Notes under the pieces: generated by a model
Databases searched by the model: none
What the model was told of the DNA's origin: nothing
The model's input: the letters and a program-made list of their open reading frames with translations, nothing else
Translations under genes and position numbers: made by a program
Part shown: piece by piece, positions 9,548 through 17,602 of the stretch
How positions within the stretch are numbered: position 1 is the first letter of the stretch
Layout: every line of letters starts with the position of its first letter
Source: Candidatus Latescibacterota bacterium
Lineage (GTDB): Bacteria; Latescibacterota; UBA2968; UBA8231
NCBI GenBank assembly: GCA_965217585.1
Contig: OZ244561.1
Span: 7,200,001 to 7,264,000, forward strand
DNA: 64,000 bases
Direction of reading: 5' to 3'

Positions 9548-10699
9548 TCAAATCCGATTGTCATCGATATAATCCCAGTTGTAGGCTATGCCCAGCCCTG
9601 GTTCCTGCGATACGTGTATGCACCCTTCGCCATCCATGGGATCGGCAATCTGATCGAGATGCGGTGGGCTCTCGTCGTAATCGCGCCCGAGCCGCAGGAG
9701 GCCGCGCTCGTAATAGCGACAAGTAGCTTCGGGAGTAGCCGCGGCCAAATGCACATGCGGGGCACCAACCCCGTGCAGTTCGCATTGCACGCCGTAGAGC
9801 TGGCACAAATTGATCAGCTTCCAGCAGCCGGTGATGCCGCCGTAATTCACATCGATGCGCAGCATGTCGCAGGCCCCCTGCAACAGCCACTCGGCCCGCG
9901 CAAAGGGCCCGCCCTTGACGTGTTCGGGGGAACAGATGGCGATGGTAGTTTGCTGCGTCAGGCGGCGGTAGGACTCCACCCGCGTCTCGACCATCGGGTG
10001 TTCCAACCAATAGTAGTTCAATTCTTCCAATTCCCGCGCAACCCACAGCGATTCCTCCAGAGTATAGACGCCGAACGGATCGAGCATCAGCACGATATCG
10101 TCGCCCACGGCCTCGCGCACGGCGCGACAGATCTCCACATCCTCCTTGGGAAATCCCGGCAGTTGCGGCGCAGGCTCCCGCGTGTGCGGATTCCAGCAGA
10201 TGTTGGCGTGTACTTTGAAGGCTTTATAACCGCGCACTACGCACTCTCGCGCCAGATCTTCATACACCTTGGGGCCGCCCAAGTTCGGGTAGGTACTGGC
10301 GTATGCTTCGACCTTGTCGCGCGTGCCACCCAAGAGTTGGTACACGGGCATGCCGGCTTTTTGCCCCGCCAAATCCCACAGCGCGCAATCGACAATGCCA
10401 AGTTCGTGTTCGGCGAGGCTGTGGCCAAACGTGGACATCTGGTCCATCCAATGCCATAGCTTCTCTCGGTTGAGGGGATCCTCGCCGACTAGCAGGCTTT
10501 TGGCGGCACCTTCCATCGTCGCCTTGTTGCCGCCCAGCATGTGCCCTGTGACGCCTTCGTCGGTAGAGATTCTGGTGATCGCACCAGTGCCTTCCACTTC
10601 CTCGTCGTCAATCCACACGCCGTAGCCCCAGCGCGAGCCGGCACTGCGGCCGCGGTGTTTGGTGCGAAAATGAATGACTTCTACATTAGTGATTTTCAC
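9548..10699 (-). CDS. Mandelate racemase/muconate lactonising enzyme family (enolase superfamily)
   Basis: VDCALWDLAGQKAGMPVYQLLGG; KAFKVH; metal ligands LMLD, WLEHP, SPE; PGLG at C-terminus. Confidence 0.9.
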   Translation of the reverse strand: MKITNVEVIHFRTKHRGRSAGSRWGYGVWIDDEEVEGTGAITRISTDEGVTGHMLGGNKATMEGAAKSLLVGEDPLNREKLWHWMDQMSTFGHSLAEHELGIVDCALWDLAGQKAGMPVYQLLGGTRDKVEAYASTYPNLGGPKVYEDLARECVVRGYKAFKVHANICWNPHTREPAPQLPGFPKEDVEICRAVREAVGDDIVLMLDPFGVYTLEESLWVARELEELNYYWLEHPMVETRVESYRRLTQQTTIAICSPEHVKGGPFARAEWLLQGACDMLRIDVNYGGITGCWKLINLCQLYGVQCELHGVGAPHVHLAAATPEATCRYYERGLLRLGRDYDESPPHLDQIADPMDGEGCIHVSQEPGLGIAYNWDYIDDNRI

Positions 10700-10744
10700 G
10701 ATTTGTCCTCCTCAGAACATGAATAACCGCATAGGCACCGCCGG

Positions 10745-11287
10745 TCACTCTTCAAAAGGGAATGAGTCATATATCGACTCAGCAAGCGCGTAGATATAGT
10801 CATAGTCATACTCTCGACCGATTTTTTTCGTCCAGTACCGGCCATGTGCAAGCCAATGTCTATATTTAAAGGCTTGCTCTAAGTCTGAAATGATAGATAG
10901 GGGAACAGTCGAATACGATTTCCACTGCAAAAAAATATCCCCTAGCGGCACATGTTGACCCTTATTCTGATATAATGTTCTAAAGGACCTTGATAGAGGG
11001 TCTTTTTGTCTTTTATAGCAACGCTGCAAAAAGTCCATACGGAAAGCCGCTTCTAAAGAGGCTAAGATACTCATGGATGTACTCAGTGCATGTTCTGCAA
11101 GAACGGAGTACATCTCGTGTTCCATTTCCAGTGGTGTATAACCTACGAAACGATCGCCTAAGTAGGAGTTACTAAAGGAAAAGTAGTTCTTTACGGATGC
11201 TTCGATGTCGCTATAATATTGGACAATCTCGACAAGTGAGAGATGTTCTCCAGAAAAGGTGATTCTCCGAGCACTAGGCATTCGCAA
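10745..11287 (-). CDS. Hypothetical helical protein with HEPN-like Rx4H motif
   Basis: YRHWLAHG motif near C-terminus, upstream LASLEAAF helix; AT-richer than flanks. Confidence 0.55.
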   Translation of the reverse strand: MRMPSARRITFSGEHLSLVEIVQYYSDIEASVKNYFSFSNSYLGDRFVGYTPLEMEHEMYSVLAEHALSTSMSILASLEAAFRMDFLQRCYKRQKDPLSRSFRTLYQNKGQHVPLGDIFLQWKSYSTVPLSIISDLEQAFKYRHWLAHGRYWTKKIGREYDYDYIYALAESIYDSFPFEE

Positions 11288-11807
11288 CTTCCATTATTGC
11301 GGAAAGGAAGGACTCCTCTTCAAGTTCGGTATATTTAATGTTCGGAGACCGTGTAGCTATTTTCCATGCCCACTCCTCCACAATAGGTTCCGGTTCCTCC
11401 TTTGTTTCGCTAGATGAGTCTCGAACGATGACGCGGATCGTAGAGGAAGAAGCTGTTTTCGGGACAAGAACAAACTTGACCGTACCATGCGGCCCGTGCA
11501 TGTCCACACGACCTTTGGCACCGAAAATTATTGTACCGATGGGCTCGAATTGAACTTTGATGGTACCAATATGGACTTCAAGAGATTTCACATCATAACT
11601 ACCAATGTGTTCCTCATTGAGCTGCTTTGTGTCCCATGTAATATGGACCTTACCTTGGTCAATGTATTTCTGTAGGAATCCTTCGGCTAGCTGATAGAAT
11701 TCATCGAGATGATTCATCCAATCGTCGCGTATTTGGGTCCAGTCGATTGGTGGTTCTTTCTTGGCTATCTGCTGGTTCACGAAATCATCAAAAGACATAT
11801 TTGTCAT
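11274..11807 (-). CDS. Hypothetical protein coupled to the HEPN-like gene
   Basis: 177-aa ORF, RBS AAGGAG, 14-bp overlap with downstream gene; EEHIGSY...PIGTIIFGAKGRVD core. Confidence 0.7.
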   Translation of the reverse strand: MTNMSFDDFVNQQIAKKEPPIDWTQIRDDWMNHLDEFYQLAEGFLQKYIDQGKVHITWDTKQLNEEHIGSYDVKSLEVHIGTIKVQFEPIGTIIFGAKGRVDMHGPHGTVKFVLVPKTASSSTIRVIVRDSSSETKEEPEPIVEEWAWKIATRSPNIKYTELEEESFLSAIMEVANA

Positions 11808-11824
11808 TGTGATTCTCCTTTGAA

Positions 11825-11905
11825 TTATGCCAAATTGGTCAGTACTTGGTCTATTCGGTAAAAGTAAAGTAGTGGGGATGTATCGACGCTACAGGTTCTT
11901 GGCAT
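11825..11905 (-). pseudogene. Truncated DUF3368-like PIN toxin (first ~20 codons only)
   Basis: Manual translation MPRTCSVDTSPLLYFYRIDQVLTNLA*; VDTSPL is the typical first PIN strand of DUF3368 proteins; overlaps the UPF0175 stop as expected for that pair. Confidence 0.6.
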
Positions 11906-12199
11906 GGAAGAAATCCTTTGCCAATTCTTCCGGGGGCAGATTGATGGCCGATACTTGGTAGGACTTCAAGACATCTAAAAACACAATGCGTTCCATACCT
12001 GCAAACCGAGCGGCTTGCCCAGAAGACAGACGTCCGAGTTCAAATAATTTGATGGCTATCAGCAGACGTCCTTTTTCGGCGAAGCGTTCAGGCGTTTCGC
12101 TGAGAGTTTGCAGAATATCATCTGGACATTCAAATGTAATTTTAGACATTATGGCACTCCGTCTGAAAATTTTCTTTTGGCTTCTGCCAAATTAGTCAG
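11828..12199. repeat. 15-bp direct repeat pair (1 mismatch) flanking UPF0175 and the PIN fragment
   Basis: tgccaaattggtcag at 11828-11842 and tgccaaattagtcag at 12185-12199. Confidence 0.7.
11889..12149 (-). CDS. UPF0175 family putative antitoxin
   Basis: AIKLFELGRLSSGQAARFAGMERIVFLDVL pattern; 86 aa. Confidence 0.85.
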   Translation of the reverse strand: MSKITFECPDDILQTLSETPERFAEKGRLLIAIKLFELGRLSSGQAARFAGMERIVFLDVLKSYQVSAINLPPEELAKDFFHAKNL

Positions 12200-12299
12200 C
12201 ACCTAGTCAGTTTGCGACCTGATGGTAATGTGCCATACCCCCTACATCTCGTCAAGTAACAGGCTGAACGAGCTTAGAAGTCAGCAAACGCACACCTGC

Positions 12300-13505
12300 C
12301 TATTGGGGCAATAACGTCTCGATATTGTCCTCATATACGACGACCCTGTCTTCGTATTCCCGCCGCAACCCCATCAGAAACGCATCGGCCAAGCGGCTCT
12401 CCTCGACGCGTTTCAACAGTGCCCGCGCCCGCTTCGCCGCGGTGTCAAAAGGCTCGGGAGTGCTGCCGAAATTCGACTTCAGCACCTTGAACACCGAATA
12501 GTACTCGCCGCCCCGAAGCATGGCCTCCGGCCCGGCCACTTGGGCGGCCTGCACCGTCACCGCTAGCGGACCGTACAACGGACCGACCGCAACGCTGCGC
12601 ACGGTGTCGATCAATTCTCGGTAGAAGGATTGTTCAGAGGCATGGATGTGGAATTTGCCCTGCGCGCCTTTGCCCGCCGTCCGCAAGGTGTATTCGTCGG
12701 CGAGTGCTCCCATATCCTCACCCGCCTCGATTCGCTCTTTGATCTCCACGGCCTCTTCCCGGGTTTGCACCATGATCTCCTGCAGCGTGACCTCCTCTGG
12801 TGCGGTGAATAACTCGGGCCGGGCGTGCATGACTTGGTAGATCCCGAACTGGCCGTTGGGCAGGTTAATCGGCTCGGAATACTCGCCGGTCTCAAGCGCG
12901 TTTATGTATTCTTGCAGGTAGGTCGGGATGCGCTTGGCGGTCAGGTAGCCGTCCAATTCCCCACCTTGCGGTGCCGTCGATTGGTGCAGTGACCGGCTGA
13001 GCGCCAGTGCGGTGAAATCCTCCCCGTCGGCGAGGCTTTGTCGGATCTCCTCGGCTTCGGCCTGTGTGGCAACGATGATCAGGCGCAGCTTCACCTCGCG
13101 CTCCTTGTCCGCGGCCTCGTAGGCCGCCCGCAACTCCTGCTCATCGACGCGAACCTTGGAAAGGAATTCGCGCTCGAACAACAGCCGCAACACTCGTTCG
13201 GCCTTTTCCTTGCGCAGCTTCTGCGCCACCTCCGGCGCCTCGTCAAGCCCCCTTTTGATCGCTTCTTGGAGAAAAATCTCCTTGTCGATGATCGTCTGTA
13301 GATAGTCGCGGTAGCCGTCCATTCCGGATTTCTTCGTCTTTAGCTCCGCCGGCAGGCGCTGTTCAAAGGCTATCAGTTGGGAGGCCGTTATTCGGCGGTC
13401 TCCCACTTCGGCCAAAACGGGGTTTTCCAGTTCCTCGGCATCCTTTGTACAGCCCATAAGTGCTAGGGCAATCCCACTGCAAACTAAGAACAGGTACGCT
13501 TTCAT
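12300..13505 (-). CDS. Lipoprotein parvulin-type peptidyl-prolyl isomerase (SurA/PrsA-like, two rotamase domains)
   Basis: MKAYLFLV...ALMGC lipobox; VLAEVGDRRIT; GEDFTALALSRS..TAPQGGEL; second GEDMGALADEYT. Start approximate. Confidence 0.8.
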   Translation of the reverse strand: MKAYLFLVCSGIALALMGCTKDAEELENPVLAEVGDRRITASQLIAFEQRLPAELKTKKSGMDGYRDYLQTIIDKEIFLQEAIKRGLDEAPEVAQKLRKEKAERVLRLLFEREFLSKVRVDEQELRAAYEAADKEREVKLRLIIVATQAEAEEIRQSLADGEDFTALALSRSLHQSTAPQGGELDGYLTAKRIPTYLQEYINALETGEYSEPINLPNGQFGIYQVMHARPELFTAPEEVTLQEIMVQTREEAVEIKERIEAGEDMGALADEYTLRTAGKGAQGKFHIHASEQSFYRELIDTVRSVAVGPLYGPLAVTVQAAQVAGPEAMLRGGEYYSVFKVLKSNFGSTPEPFDTAAKRARALLKRVEESRLADAFLMGLRREYEDRVVVYEDNIETLLPQ

Positions 13506-13571
13506 AGACTCGATAAACTCACAATTTTTTAGGTGGAATGAATCAAACCGCGGCACGACGGTCAGCAGGCG

Positions 13572-15973
13572 CTAGCGGATGCTGCCATATACCGTCACGA
13601 AAGAGAGGGCACCCGTCTCCCGAGCGCTCGGCTGTTCAAAGCGCTCCAGATAGCGCCTGCTCACCCTTATCCCCATCAGGGTTTGCAGGGTATAGCCCAG
13701 ATACGGTGTGTCGATGGAAAGTTGCACGGCGAGCGAAGTCTCGTCGAAATCTCCGGTCGTATCGCCACCGCGCAAGTCGGCAGCCGTCTCATCCTGGGTA
13801 AAATCGCGGAAGATCAGGTGCTCGACTCCCAACTGCAGCAACACGCGGTTCAAAAAGGGACGCCGCAGCAAGAGCGAGAAAATCCCGCTCCAGTCCTGGC
13901 GCTCGGCCGTCGAAGCGCCGGTCAGGCGACCGATATTGTAGGGCGTGTCGTCCATGAAGAGTTCGTGCTTGAAGCGCGGTCGCGGGCATTGGCGTCGCGT
14001 TGCCGAATGAACTCGTGAATGAACTTGCCCTCGCTATTGATGCCCTTGTAGGTCTTGCCGGTGAAACCAGCCCACAGCCGGTTGACTAGCGCGTCCCGCA
14101 TCGCCAGCGGATCCATGATCGGCTGCATCGACCCAGGCGAGTCCAGCGGCCGGCCCAATTCGGGTCGCGCCGTCACCCACTGGACCACGTCGGCGGCGAT
14201 GTCGTCCTGCACCAGCTTGAACATGTTGTAGAACGTCGCGTTGCCCACCCTGGGGAAATTGCGCTCGTAGGCCAGCAGGGCGTAGCGGGTCAGGTTCTTT
14301 GCGCCGGTGGACAAGCGCTGCACTTGCTCTTGCCCCGCCATCCACTTCAGCTCCGGCGTCAGCCACGCCCCCAAGTAGGCGTTGTACCCGCGCCGGTCGC
14401 GCTTATAGGGATAATCCGGCTCGTCGTCGTTTTCGAACCGCTCGCCCCAACCATTGTTGTTCAAGTCGATGGCGAAGACGAATTCCGGCCGATCGACGTA
14501 GTGGCGCAAAAACTGCTCTTCGTAGTCGGGCATGAAATTGGGGCGCACTGGAGTGTTATTCTGGTTGAAATCGGAGATGAAGTCGTTGTTTTCGTCGAGA
14601 CCGGGAAACACCGCCCCATCGGCCAGCCCCTCCTTGTCGCGCCGCTGGTCGAGGCGGATGTCGTTGTCGTCGTTGTCATCCACCAAGTCGTAGATAAACT
14701 CCGACCGCGCCTCTTCGTCGTCGCTGTAATTGATCCGCCCGCCCTGATCGACGAGGAACGACGTAGTGTTGTATTCGGCGTCCATGCCGAACGCCTCGCC
14801 GAAGAGGAAGAAGGGGTAGTGCTCTTTGCCGACGTTGACCATCCAGCCCGTCGCCGACTCATCCCCCAACACGCCGGATGCACTGTGGTGCGTCTTGCGG
14901 GCGATATTGGGATACTGCCGAAACTGGTGGTTGACATTGTACTCGGCGTACACCCGAAAGCCCGCCCAATCGCTAACCTCGAAGCTGAAGCCGAAAACCT
15001 GGGTCGCCGTCGGCAAGCCGTAGTCGAAGACGACCCACTGCTGATTGGAGTTGTCTTGGACATTGTCCGCCGCTCGCACCACGTTTACAAACTTGGATTG
15101 GGCACCTAAAGGTTCGTTGTCGGTCTGGACGTCTGAAGTGACATCGACTCGATAATCGTTGTTGAGTAGGAAACGGAACTTCACCGCGGTGATGTTGTTG
15201 ACCAAATCGGCATCGTCGATAATGTCTTCCAGCGCCACTACTGCCGGCTCCTCAGAAGAGAAATTGTACCGATAGGTGATCTCGCCCTCGCTGCCAGTTC
15301 CTTCGGCAACGGGGAAGCCATTGCGCGTGGTACCACCCTCCACCTGCGGCTGAAAGCCGATCTGGCTGCCAACTAGCACGGTGTCGCGACCACCGATTTG
15401 GGTATGCACTTCAATGTCTTGGTCGAAAACCGTAGGCCCGCCCACGCCGTCCTCGGGCGAGTCGTCCGTTATGCGGACGATGATCCAGTTGAGACGATTC
15501 TCCAGTTGGCCGTTGGTCAGCTTGCCCTTGAAGGGATTGCCGCCGCGGTCGGCTTGCGCCCGGCCGTTGTGGGCGTTGACAAAAGTCGCGCCCAAACGCA
15601 CGGCGTCGAGGGCCTTCCATTCGCCCCGGAAGCCGAGCAGGTTGGTAAAGTTCTCAGTGACGATGGGGACGCGGATACCCGGTGCGATCTGGTCCACCGG
15701 CAGACTGATCCGCGACATCAGCACGGTAGCGGCCAAGCGGTCGGCGGCATAGTCGAACTGCACCCCATTGAACCGGGTTTTGCGGAACGTCATTGGCGTC
15801 AGCGTGGTGTTGATCAGGTCGCCGATCGTCACCCCCAAATAGTGCTGGCCCTTGGCATCGGTGGCGATGAGCAGGTTGCTGAACCACGAGTTGTAGCGCC
15901 CGGACGGTTTGAGCAGGCCCGAGCCCCCAGAGCTGGTCGGCTGCCGCTGCCGCCAGTCGTACACCAGCCAACC
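13572..15973 (-). pseudogene. Large acidic Ca-binding-repeat exported protein of unknown function; 5' end missing, frameshifted near 13980
   Basis: 680-aa ORF with no signal peptide; DDNDDND, DENNDF, DLNNNG motifs; after ...RDANARDR the protein-like frame shifts to RFKHELFMDDTPY...FVTVYGSIR (13572..13955). Confidence 0.6.
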
Positions 15974-16227
15974 GGCGGCAATTCACCGGCAGCCACCAAT
16001 TCATCGAGTACAGGCGATTGGCGGAAGGTCTGCAATCCCACGTCCGCAGCCGTGGCTGGCGGCCGGAACCAGGCCTCTGGCCACGCGCTCCGCGGGATGT
16101 CGCCCGTCGGCACCGCGCGCTGGACATCGGCAGCCGCGGGCGGGCGATCCGTTTCGACCGGAGCGCAGCCCAACCACGCAACCGCGCCTATACTCCACAC
16201 CATCCTGCCCCATCCAATCACCTGCAT
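15970..16227 (-). pseudogene. N-terminal fragment of ABC peptide-type substrate-binding lipoprotein
   Basis: RBS GAGGAG, lipobox AWLGC, FRQSPVLDELVAAGELPPV (family motif normally continues EERLP), then reads out of frame into the next gene. Confidence 0.7.
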
Positions 16228-16252
16228 GACCTCTCTCCTCTTGCCCATTTCC

Positions 16253-16281
16253 TTGACAGGTCGGGCAAAGTTTCATAATCT
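16253..16281 (+). promoter_or_regulatory. Sigma70-like promoter upstream of cfa-like gene
   Basis: TTGACA (16253-58), 17 bp, TAATCT (16276-81). Confidence 0.5.
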
Positions 16282-16369
16282 GTAACCCCGCCAGCACTGA
16301 GCGTCTCCCCTCTTGCTCGGCTAGCTACGCCGCAGAAATCACCGCCGGAATGCCACCGGAAAAACCGCC

Positions 16370-17602
16370 ATGACCGCACAACCTCAGTTACACCAAGCCC
16401 CGCCTCCCCAGCCCCGATGCGCTGCCGCCCGCTTGCTTCACACCGCTCTCGCCGATGTCCCCGTCCCCTGCCAGTTCACCTTTGCTCAAGGCGAGACCCT
16501 GCGCTTGGGGCCGGCTGGCGAACCGGCCTTTAGCGTCGTCTTCCACTCCGACGAGGTGCTCGGCAAAAGACTCGACGAATACGCCATCTGTCGCGCCTAC
16601 ATCGAGGGCCAGATTGAGATCGAAGGCGATGTGCGCTGCTTCCTAGATCTGCGCCAGTACCTCAGAGGCAATGTCAGCCTCAGTTTCCTGTTACGGGTCT
16701 ATCTGCAACTCTTCTGGAGCAACCGCATTCGCCTCAACCGCGTTTCCATCGCGCACCACTACAATTTCGGCGACGATTTCTACTTGGCGTTCGTCGATCG
16801 CCAGTACCATCTCTACTCGCACTGCCTCTTCCACCACCACGACGACACGCTGGAACAGGCCGCCGAGCACAAATTTGCCGCCATGGCCCAAGCCCTACAC
16901 CTGCAAGCGGGTGACCGCCTGCTCGACATCGGCGCGGGCTGGGGCGCAGTTACCCGCTATGCCGGCCCGCGCGGCATCCACTGCACGGCCCTGACCATTG
17001 CCGAGGACTCGTACCGGCTGCACCAAAACCTCATCGCCGAACAAGGGCTGGCGACCTGCCAAATTCGCCTCGAAGATTTCCTCGCGCACGAGCCGCACGA
17101 GCCGTACGACGCCATCGTCATCTTCGGCGTCATCGAGCACATCCCCCACTACCGCGACTTTACCGCGCAAGTGTGGAAGTGCCTCAAGCCCGGGGGCCGC
17201 ATTTATCTGGACGCCTCGGCCACGCTCGAGAAATACAAGGTGAGCAATTTCGTGCGTCGCTATATCTACCCCGGCACCCACACGTACCTGTGCCTGCCCG
17301 ACCTGCTGCAAGAATTTCTCATGCACGGTTTCAAGGTGGAGGAAGTGGTAGATGAAACTCACGATTACGCCCTGACGCTGGGCCACTGGGCCGCTCGCTT
17401 TGAGGTCAACCGCCAGACCGTCGTCGAGCGCTGGGACGAAGCGGTCTTCCGCGCCTTCCGCCTGTACTTGTGGGGCGGGGCCCGCGCCATGCACAACCGC
17501 CAACTCCAAGCCTACCACGTGGTGGCCCAGCGCACCGAGGCCCCTGGCATCCGGCCGGGGTTTTTCAAGCGCCTGCTCTACTTCATCCGCAGTCTTAATT
17601 AG
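16370..17602 (+). CDS. Cyclopropane-fatty-acyl-phospholipid synthase family SAM methyltransferase
   Basis: IAHHYNFGDDFY, TLEQA, LLDIGAGWG, GVIEHI, YIYPG, DYALTLGHW. Confidence 0.85.
   Translation: MTAQPQLHQAPPPQPRCAAARLLHTALADVPVPCQFTFAQGETLRLGPAGEPAFSVVFHSDEVLGKRLDEYAICRAYIEGQIEIEGDVRCFLDLRQYLRGNVSLSFLLRVYLQLFWSNRIRLNRVSIAHHYNFGDDFYLAFVDRQYHLYSHCLFHHHDDTLEQAAEHKFAAMAQALHLQAGDRLLDIGAGWGAVTRYAGPRGIHCTALTIAEDSYRLHQNLIAEQGLATCQIRLEDFLAHEPHEPYDAIVIFGVIEHIPHYRDFTAQVWKCLKPGGRIYLDASATLEKYKVSNFVRRYIYPGTHTYLCLPDLLQEFLMHGFKVEEVVDETHDYALTLGHWAARFEVNRQTVVERWDEAVFRAFRLYLWGGARAMHNRQLQAYHVVAQRTEAPGIRPGFFKRLLYFIRSLN

Noticed and set aside
11808-11835. dif/Xer site (ttatgccaaat resembles a XerD arm)
   Set aside because: The position of the XerC arm (tgtgattctcc) does not match; only a half-site resemblance.
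12810-12830. In-frame deletion inside the PPIase at gcccg-gcccg (ARP|ELFTAP)
   Set aside because: Suggestive, but directly adjacent rotamase domains are normal in SurA-like proteins; cannot be supported without homologues.
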